From: a virus
Lineage: Duplodnaviria > Heunggongvirae > Uroviricota > Caudoviricetes
Virus record (IMG/VR): IMGVR_UViG_2744054447_000008
DNA length: 5,707 nucleotides
Reading direction: 5' to 3' (one strand)
A program made the position numbers and the translations under genes. The stretch's first letter is position 1; each line of letters starts with the position of its first letter. The notes under the pieces are model-generated. The model saw only the letters and a list, made by a program, of their open reading frames with translations. It ran no database searches and was not told the origin of the DNA. Below, piece by piece: positions 1-4,575 of this stretch.

Positions 1-162
1 CCAGAGCCTGAGCCATTTGAAAATAACATTATCATTGACGCCATTTTCACGTGCAATCTGTGCAACACAAGCTCCAGGTTGTGATGCCAGTTCCACCATA
101 CGAAGTTTGAATTCATTCGAATAGTTTTTACGAGGTTCTTTTCGCCAGTCCTGTAATTCCAT
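1..162 (-). CDS. IS transposase helper protein (OrfA/TnpA-like, HTH_Tnp_1 type), N-terminal 54 codons; gene continues past window start
   Basis: Hand translation of the minus strand from ATG at 162..160 gives MELQDWRKEPRKNYSNEFKLRMVELASQPGACVAQIARENGVNDNVIFKWLRLW, open to position 1. The pattern YSxEFKlxxVExxxxPGxxVAxIARxxGVNxNxxFKW is the helix-turn-helix signature of IS3/IS66-family orfA proteins. It falls below the 60-aa cutoff of the supplied ORF track because it is cut by the window edge. Confidence 0.6.
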   Translation of the reverse strand, partial: MELQDWRKEPRKNYSNEFKLRMVELASQPGACVAQIARENGVNDNVIFKWLRLW

Positions 163-166
163 ACTT

Positions 167-219
167 AGATGTCCGTCTATATCAGATGGGCGTCTAAGTT
201 ACCAATTCTCGTCTGATGG
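167..219. repeat. Direct repeats AGATGtcCGTCTA (167-179) and AGATGggCGTCTA (184-196), with a rearranged third copy CGTCTGATGG (210-219)
   Basis: Two 13-bp copies match at 11/13 positions, offset by 17 bp, immediately upstream (minus-strand sense) of the transposase-helper start codon. Confidence 0.35.
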
Positions 220-314
220 CTACATACGGCGGTCAGTTTACGCTTACGCTTCAGTTATCGCTATGCGATTCAAGTCACAAAATAAATCCATCCTAAATAC
301 AACCAGTTATATCT

Positions 315-358
315 AAAACAACCAATAAAACAACTTTTGTTGTTGACGATAAAACAAC
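315..358. repeat. Array of three AAAACAAC octamers (315-322, 327-334, 351-358) with an inverted copy forming AACAAC-TTTT-GTTGTT (329-344)
   Basis: Octamer starts are spaced 12 and 24 bp apart. A 6-bp inverted repeat with a 4-nt spacer spans 329-344. The region is AT-rich and non-coding, and TTGACG at 343-348 overlaps the right arm. Confidence 0.35.
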
Positions 359-564
359 TATAGTTTTAAATAAGTTCATCGCAACAACACAACGATACGG
401 CAACTACCTGATTCACCGTTGCGATGACCGCTTAGATCCGCAGTTTGAATTTCAGCAGGCTTCGGGGAGTGCGAGGGGTGAAACGGACGCGTGAACGTCG
501 GTGTGACCAGCTGAAATTAACTCAACATTTCATACCTTAGTCGCTTCAACGAGGCGGCTTAGTT

Positions 565-855
565 ATGACAACCGGCGGCCATCCACCGCCTGAATACGCG
601 CAGAAGTCTCTATATGTTCAGCAGCCCAGCTTACGGGCAGGAGTTTTTATGGTTCATCAACATTACGGAACGCAGACCGTTAATCGCGGTGCGGTCATGC
701 CAGGAATGCTGGTCAAACACAAAGATGGTACCTGGACTGCATCAGCTAATTTACGCGGACGGCTTTATCTGCATCGCGGCATCGAGCGCACTTATACCCG
801 TGATTTGCTCGTGGAAGTTTTTCTCGACGGACGCGGCAACGGCCTGAATCACTAA
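565..855 (+). CDS. Hypothetical protein occupying the position of lambda kil, immediately upstream of gam; no recognisable homology
   Basis: 96-codon ORF with a GAGG motif (551-554) 10 nt before the ATG. Codon usage is dominated by common enteric codons (ctg, gcg, cgc, ggc). Its stop lies 75 bp before the gam start, inside the short gam-leader stretch that I recall as conserved with lambda. An overlapping 77-aa ORF in another frame (614..847) is the alternative. Confidence 0.4.
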   Translation: MTTGGHPPPEYAQKSLYVQQPSLRAGVFMVHQHYGTQTVNRGAVMPGMLVKHKDGTWTASANLRGRLYLHRGIERTYTRDLLVEVFLDGRGNGLNH

Positions 856-930
856 TCCCCTTTCCTGTTTACCTAATCAGCCCGGCATTTCGCAGGCGAT
901 ATTTTCACAGCCATTTTCAGGAGTTCAGCC

Positions 931-1227
931 ATGAACGCTTATTACATTCAGGATCGTCTTGAGGCTCAAAGCTGGGCGCGTCACTACCAGCAGATCGCCC
1001 GTGAAGAGAAAGAGGCAGAACTGGCAGACGACATGGAAAAAGGTCTTCCACAGCACCTGTTTGAATCACTCTGCATCGATCATTTGCAACGCTGCGGGGC
1101 CAGCAAAAAAGCCATTACCCGTGCGTTTGATGACGATGTTGAGTTTCAGGAGCGCATGGCAGAACACATCCGGTACATGGTTGAAACCATTGCTCACCAC
1201 CATGTTGATATTGATTCAGAGGTATAA
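931..1227 (+). CDS. gam: Gam, host RecBCD nuclease inhibitor (short GamS form, 98 aa)
   Basis: Translation [44 protein letters not shown]...[12 protein letters not shown] matches lambda Gam as I recall it, apart from a few substitutions. AGGAG at 919-923 sits 7 nt before the ATG. An in-frame stop at 874-876 rules out a long N-terminal extension. Confidence 0.93.
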   Translation: MNAYYIQDRLEAQSWARHYQQIAREEKEAELADDMEKGLPQHLFESLCIDHLQRCGASKKAITRAFDDDVEFQERMAEHIRYMVETIAHHHVDIDSEV

Positions 1228-1232
1228 AACGG

Positions 1233-2018
1233 ATGAGTACAGCACTCGCAACGCTGGCTGGGAAGCTGGCTGAACGTGTCGGCATGGATTCTGTCGACCC
1301 ACAGGAACTGATCACCACTCTTCGTCAGACGGCATTTAAAGGTGATGCCAGCGATGCGCAGTTCATCGCATTGCTGATCGTCGCCAACCAGTACGGCCTT
1401 AATCCGTGGACGAAAGAAATTTACGCCTTCCCTGATAAGCAGAACGGCATCGTTCCGGTGGTGGGCGTTGATGGCTGGTCCCGCATCATCAATGAAAACC
1501 AGCAGTTTGATGGCATGGACTTTGAGCAGGACAATGAATCATGTACGTGCCGGATTTACCGCAAAGACCGCAATCATCCGATCTGCGTTACCGAATGGAT
1601 GGATGAATGCCGCCGCGAACCATTCAAAACTCGCGAAGGCAGAGAAATCACGGGGCCGTGGCAGTCGCATCCCAAACGGATGTTACGGCATAAAGCCATG
1701 ATTCAGTGTGCCCGTCTGGCCTTCGGATTTGCTGGTATCTATGACAAGGATGAAGCCGAGCGCATTGTCGAAAATACTGCATACACTGCGGAACGTCAGC
1801 CGGAACGCGACATCACTCCGGTTAACGATGAAACCATGCAGGAGATTAACACTCTGCTGATTGCCCTGGACAAAACATGGGATGACGACTTATTGCCGCT
1901 CTGTTCCCAGATATTTCGCCGCGACATTCGCGCATCGTCAGAACTGACACAGGCCGAAGCAGTGAAAGCTCTTGGATTCCTGAAACAGAAAGCCACTGAG
2001 CAGAAGGTGGCAGCATGA
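1233..2018 (+). CDS. bet: Bet (Red-beta) single-strand annealing recombinase, 261 aa
   Basis: Translation [82 protein letters not shown]... is the lambda Bet sequence with very few differences. The start is 5 nt after the gam stop, with AGAGG at 1218-1222. Confidence 0.97.
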   Translation: MSTALATLAGKLAERVGMDSVDPQELITTLRQTAFKGDASDAQFIALLIVANQYGLNPWTKEIYAFPDKQNGIVPVVGVDGWSRIINENQQFDGMDFEQDNESCTCRIYRKDRNHPICVTEWMDECRREPFKTREGREITGPWQSHPKRMLRHKAMIQCARLAFGFAGIYDKDEAERIVENTAYTAERQPERDITPVNDETMQEINTLLIALDKTWDDDLLPLCSQIFRRDIRASSELTQAEAVKALGFLKQKATEQKVAA

Positions 2019-2695
2019 CACCGGACATTATCCTGCAGCGTACCGGGATCGACGTGAGAGCTGTCGAACAGGGGGATGATGCATGGCACAAATTACGGCT
2101 CGGCGTCATCACCGCTTCAGAAGTTCACAACGTGATAGCAAAGCCCCGCTCAGGAAAGAAGTGGCCTGACATGAAAATGTCCTACTTCCACACCCTGCTG
2201 GCTGAGGTTTGCACCGGTGTGGCTCCGGAAGTTAATGCTAAGGCGCTGGCGTGGGGAAAACAGTACGAGAACGACGCCAGAACCCTGTTTGAATTCACTT
2301 CCGGCGTGAATGTTACTGAATCCCCGATCATCTATCGCGACGAAAGTATGCGCACCGCCTGCTCTCCCGATGGTTTATGCAGTGACGGCAATGGCCTTGA
2401 GCTGAAATGCCCGTTTACCTCCCGGGATTTCATGAAGTTCCGGCTCGGTGGTTTCGAGGCCATAAAGTCGGCTTACATGGCCCAGGTGCAGTACAGCATG
2501 TGGGTGACACGAAAAGATGCCTGGTACTTTGCCAACTATGACCCACGAATGAAGCGTGAAGGCCTGCATTATGTCGTGGTTGAGCGGGATGAAAAGTACA
2601 TGGCGAGTTTTGACGAGATGGTGCCGGAGTTCATCGAAAAAATGGACGAAGCACTGGCTGAAATTGGTTTTGTATTTGGAGAGCAATGGCGATGA
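2015..2695 (+). CDS. exo: Exo (Red-alpha) 5'-3' dsDNA exonuclease, 226 aa
   Basis: Translation [94 protein letters not shown]... matches lambda Exo. The start ATG overlaps the bet stop (ATGA at 2015-2018). Confidence 0.97.
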   Translation: MTPDIILQRTGIDVRAVEQGDDAWHKLRLGVITASEVHNVIAKPRSGKKWPDMKMSYFHTLLAEVCTGVAPEVNAKALAWGKQYENDARTLFEFTSGVNVTESPIIYRDESMRTACSPDGLCSDGNGLELKCPFTSRDFMKFRLGGFEAIKSAYMAQVQYSMWVTRKDAWYFANYDPRMKREGLHYVVVERDEKYMASFDEMVPEFIEKMDEALAEIGFVFGEQWR

Positions 2696-2874
2696 CCCAT
2701 CCTCACGATAATATCCGGGTAGGCGCGATCACTTTCGTCTACTCCGTTACAAAGCGAGGCTGGGTATTTCACGGTCTTTCTGTTATCCGAAATCCGCTGA
2801 AAGCCCAGCGGCTGGCTGAGGAGATAAATAATAAACGGGGGGCGGTATGCACAAAGCATCTCCTGTTGAGTTAA
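2692..2874 (+). CDS. Small early-left protein, lambda orf60a-like (60 aa), function unknown
   Basis: Translation [60 protein letters not shown]. The ATG at 2692 overlaps the exo stop (ATGA), and the position after exo matches lambda. The ORF track's alternative start at 2686 would add two residues. Confidence 0.7.
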   Translation: MTHPHDNIRVGAITFVYSVTKRGWVFHGLSVIRNPLKAQRLAEEINNKRGAVCTKHLLLS

Positions 2875-3038
2875 GAACGAGTATTGATTTGGCACATAGC
2901 CTTGCTCAAATTGGAGTCAGGTTTGTGCCAATACCAGCAGAAACAGACGAAGAATTTCATACGTTAGCCACATCCCTTTCACAAAAGCTGGAAATGATGG
3001 TGGCGAAAGCAGAAGCAGATGAGAGAGACCAGGTATGA
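2847..3038 (+). CDS. Small early-left protein, lambda orf63-like (63 aa), function unknown
   Basis: Translation [63 protein letters not shown]. It overlaps the 3' end of the preceding gene by 28 nt in another frame. Position and length fit lambda orf63 from memory. Confidence 0.7.
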   Translation: MHKASPVELRTSIDLAHSLAQIGVRFVPIPAETDEEFHTLATSLSQKLEMMVAKAEADERDQV

Positions 3039-3118
3039 CAACCACTGAATGCATTTTTCTGGCAGCGGGCTTCATATTCTGTGTGCTTATGCTTGCCGAC
3101 ATGGGGCTTGTTCAGTGA
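3035..3118 (+). CDS. Candidate 27-aa hydrophobic (single transmembrane-like) micropeptide, overlap-coupled at both ends
   Basis: Hand translation gives MTTTECIFLAAGFIFCVLMLADMGLVQ. Its ATG overlaps the orf63-like stop (ATGA at 3035-3038), and its stop overlaps a GTG that opens the orf61-like frame (GTGA at 3115-3118). A purine-rich GAGAGAGA tract lies 8 nt upstream. It is mutually exclusive with the long 3049-start form of the next ORF. Confidence 0.3.
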   Translation: MTTTECIFLAAGFIFCVLMLADMGLVQ

Positions 3119-3330
3119 CACCTCAGCAAGAAAATGCCCTTCGCAGCATTGCCCGTCAGGCTAATTCTGAAATCAAAAAAGTCAGACAGCAGTTTCCGGA
3201 TAAAAACGTCAATGACATTTGCCGTAGCGTACTGAAGAAGCACCGCGAAACGGTAACGCTGAAGGGATTCACACCGACTCATTTAAGCCTGGCAATCGGC
3301 ATGTTAAACGGCGTCTTTAAGGAACGATGA
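3049..3330 (+). CDS. Small early-left protein, lambda orf61-like; start uncertain (ATG 3049 for 93 aa, or GTG 3115 for 71 aa)
   Basis: The C-terminal part VTPQQENALRSIARQANSEIKKVRQQFPDKNVNDICRSVLKKHRETVTLKGFTPTHLSLAIGMLNGVFKER looks like a real protein. The N-terminal 22 residues from the 3049 start (MHFSGSGLHILCAYACRHGACS) are poor and overlap the hydrophobic micropeptide frame. GGGG at 3103-3106 would serve as a ribosome-binding site for the GTG at 3115. Confidence 0.55.
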   Translation: MHFSGSGLHILCAYACRHGACSVTPQQENALRSIARQANSEIKKVRQQFPDKNVNDICRSVLKKHRETVTLKGFTPTHLSLAIGMLNGVFKER

Positions 3331-3350
3331 ACATGAAAAGCAAAATTATC

Positions 3351-3376
3351 AGGGAGCTACAGGCTCCTTTTTTATT
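3351..3376 (+). terminator. Candidate intrinsic (rho-independent) terminator inside the operon
   Basis: Stem GGAGC (3353-3357) pairs with GCTCC (3363-3367) around a 5-nt loop, extendable by two weak pairs, followed directly by TTTTTTATT (3368-3376). It lies 20 bp after the orf61-like stop. Confidence 0.4.
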
Positions 3377-3428
3377 GTTCGCATTCACCCTCAAGCGTAT
3401 TAACCAACAGTTCAGGGATTAATGAAAG

Positions 3429-3650
3429 ATGGCAGACATCATTGATTCAGCATCAGAAATAGAAGAATTACAGCGCAACACAGCAATAAAAATGCGCCGC
3501 CTGAACTACCTAGCTGTATCTGCCACTCATTGTTGTGAGTGTGGCGATCCGATAGATGAACGAAGACGCCTGGCCGTTCAGGGTTGTCGGACTTGCGCCA
3601 GTTGCCAGCAAGATCTGGAGCTTATCCGCAAACAAAGGGGGATTAAGTGA
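3429..3650 (+). CDS. TraR/DksA-family C4 zinc-finger protein (RNA-polymerase secondary-channel binder type), 73 aa
   Basis: Translation MADIIDSASEIEELQRNTAIKMRRLNYLAVSATHCCECGDPIDERRRLAVQGCRTCASCQQDLELIRKQRGIK. The CxxC-x17-CxxC spacing and the CE(x)CGxPI(x)ExRR core match TraR/DksA-type zinc fingers (compare F-plasmid TraR ...CEACGNPIPEARRKIFPGVTLCVEC...). Confidence 0.85.
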   Translation: MADIIDSASEIEELQRNTAIKMRRLNYLAVSATHCCECGDPIDERRRLAVQGCRTCASCQQDLELIRKQRGIK

Positions 3651-3976
3651 TGGCTAACCTGCAACTTGCTGTTAAAAGTGAATACTTCGATGCCATGATT
3701 CGCGGAGAGAAAACGGAAGAGTATCGCTTGTGTAATGACTACTGGAATAAGCGAATTATGTTCCGGGAATATGACCGCCTGATTATCACAAAGGGATATC
3801 CGAAGCGCGACGATTCCAGTCGCAGAATTGATGTTCCGTATGACGGATATGAAGTGAAGACAATCACACATCCGCACTTTGGCGATAAACCGGTAAAGGT
3901 GTTCGCTATAAAGGTGAATATCAGCACTGAATATCAATCCGCACAACACAAGGTCAAGAATGTTCAGAGTGATTGA
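3650..3976 (+). CDS. ASCH-domain / DUF3850-like protein (PUA-like fold), 108 aa
   Basis: Translation MANLQLAVKSEYFDAMIRGEKTEEYRLCNDYWNKRIMFREYDRLIITKGYP... The N-terminal SEYFDAMIRGEKTEEYR matches the ASCH GxKxxExR motif exactly (GEKTEEYR). The ATG overlaps the preceding stop (TGATG at 3648-3652); an in-frame GTG at 3647 is the alternative start. Confidence 0.7.
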   Translation: MANLQLAVKSEYFDAMIRGEKTEEYRLCNDYWNKRIMFREYDRLIITKGYPKRDDSSRRIDVPYDGYEVKTITHPHFGDKPVKVFAIKVNISTEYQSAQHKVKNVQSD

Positions 3977-4199
3977 CCCTAACACCTGGTACGTCGACCA
4001 CCACGGCACTCCCTGCAAAATCCTGCGTTCTACCCACAACAAAGTTCACTACATCCGAAAAGGCAGAACATGTATCGCCAGCATGTTCCGCTTTAATCAT
4101 GACTTTGAACCTGTGAATAAAGCTGATGCAGATCGGATAGCAGAAGAGATCGAAACGGCAGAACACATTAAGAAGTTACGTGACATGCGCAGGAAATAG
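3960..4199 (+). CDS. Hypothetical 79-aa protein, His/Cys-containing N-terminal half and charged helical C-terminus
   Basis: Translation MFRVIDPNTWYVDHHGTPCKILRSTHNKVHYIRKGRTCIASMFRFNHDFEPVNKADADRIAEEIETAEHIKKLRDMRRK. AGG at 3951-3953 sits 6 nt before the ATG. It overlaps the preceding gene's end by 17 nt and is co-oriented with the operon. I recognise no family with confidence. Confidence 0.55.
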   Translation: MFRVIDPNTWYVDHHGTPCKILRSTHNKVHYIRKGRTCIASMFRFNHDFEPVNKADADRIAEEIETAEHIKKLRDMRRK

Positions 4200-4338
4200 A
4201 AAAATTGATAAATTCAATACTGCATTTCTCAGCATTAAATTTATCTCTATGACCAGTCAAGAGATGTACCTGCCATGAGCTTAATATCATGTCAGATATA
4301 TCGGTCACAAACTCCCTCAGCAGCTAAGAGGAGGACAA
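4200..4338 (+). promoter_or_regulatory. AT-rich intergenic region upstream of xis with an 8-bp inverted repeat and a strong ribosome-binding site; candidate operator or promoter region
   Basis: GATAAATT (4207-4214) and AATTTATC (4238-4245) are inverted repeats flanking two GCATT copies. TAATAT at 4282-4287 resembles a -10 element, but I found no well-spaced -35. GAGGAGG at 4328-4334 lies 4 nt before the xis ATG. Confidence 0.25.
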
Positions 4339-4575
4339 ATGTCTCGACTAATCACTTTACAGGACTGGGCTAAAGAAGAATTTGGGGACTTAGCACCAAG
4401 TGAGCGAGTTCTGAAAAAATACGCGCAAGGGAAAATGATGGCCCCACCCGCTATAAAAGTTGGTCGCTACTGGATGATTGACCGAAATTCCCGTTTTGTA
4501 GGAACGCTTGCAGAACCGCAACTCCCAATAAACGCAAACCCAAAACTCCAAAGGATAATCGCTGATGGCTGCTAG
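4339..4575 (+). CDS. xis: Excisionase (Xis-type recombination directionality factor), 78 aa
   Basis: Translation MSRLITLQDWAKEEFGDLAPSERVLKKYAQGKMMAPPAIKVGRYWMIDRNSRFVG... aligns by eye with lambda Xis (MYLTLQEWNARQRR...PPPVKDGREYLFHESA): the LTLQ(D/E)W and PP-hydrophobic-K-x-G-R-aromatic blocks are shared. It sits immediately upstream of int and overlaps it by 11 nt, and has a strong ribosome-binding site. Confidence 0.8.
   Translation: MSRLITLQDWAKEEFGDLAPSERVLKKYAQGKMMAPPAIKVGRYWMIDRNSRFVGTLAEPQLPINANPKLQRIIADGC

Larger units (their letters stand above)
1..247 (-). mobile_element. Left end of an insertion sequence (partial; rest lies beyond window start), IS66/IS3-type by transposase helper similarity
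   Basis: A minus-strand transposase-helper ORF starts at 162. On the minus strand the motif GTAAGCGTAAACTGACC (revcomp of + 231-247) lies about 85 bp upstream of that start; IS66-family terminal inverted repeats characteristically begin 5'-GTAA. The exact boundary is not determinable from one end alone. Confidence 0.4.

Noticed and set aside
441-560. Possible promoter for the kil-position ORF (TTGAAT at 445-450 as a -35 element)
   Set aside because: No acceptable -10 hexamer follows at 16-19 bp spacing, so the call would be guesswork.
614-847. 77-aa ORF in an alternative + frame overlapping the kil-position ORF
   Set aside because: No ribosome-binding motif precedes its ATG, whereas the 565 start has GAGG at good spacing. 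It is not firmly excluded and is kept as the alternative reading in the findings.
959-1273. 104-aa + strand ORF in an alternative frame inside gam
   Set aside because: It overlaps gam and the bet start entirely, and gam is identified by sequence; this is an out-of-frame artefact.
1115-2112. Minus-strand ORFs of 67, 97 and 88 aa antisense to gam, bet and exo, plus the 77-aa + strand alternative frame inside bet (1468..1701)
   Set aside because: All lie within genes identified with high confidence by sequence, and their translations are low-complexity.
2375-3102. Minus-strand ORFs of 103, 108 and 61 aa antisense to the exo 3' end and the orf60a/orf63-like genes
   Set aside because: They are antisense to a tightly coupled + strand gene chain, with no start signals and a composition typical of shadow frames.
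3578-4042. 154-aa ORF on the minus strand, the longest antisense ORF in the window
   Set aside because: It lies antisense to the TraR, ASCH and 79-aa genes, whose + strand translations carry clear family motifs. Its translation is Leu/Ser/Ile-rich with no start context, so it is most likely a shadow ORF.
3739-4166. Minus-strand ORFs of 62 and 70 aa
   Set aside because: They are antisense to the ASCH and 79-aa genes and have no supporting signals.
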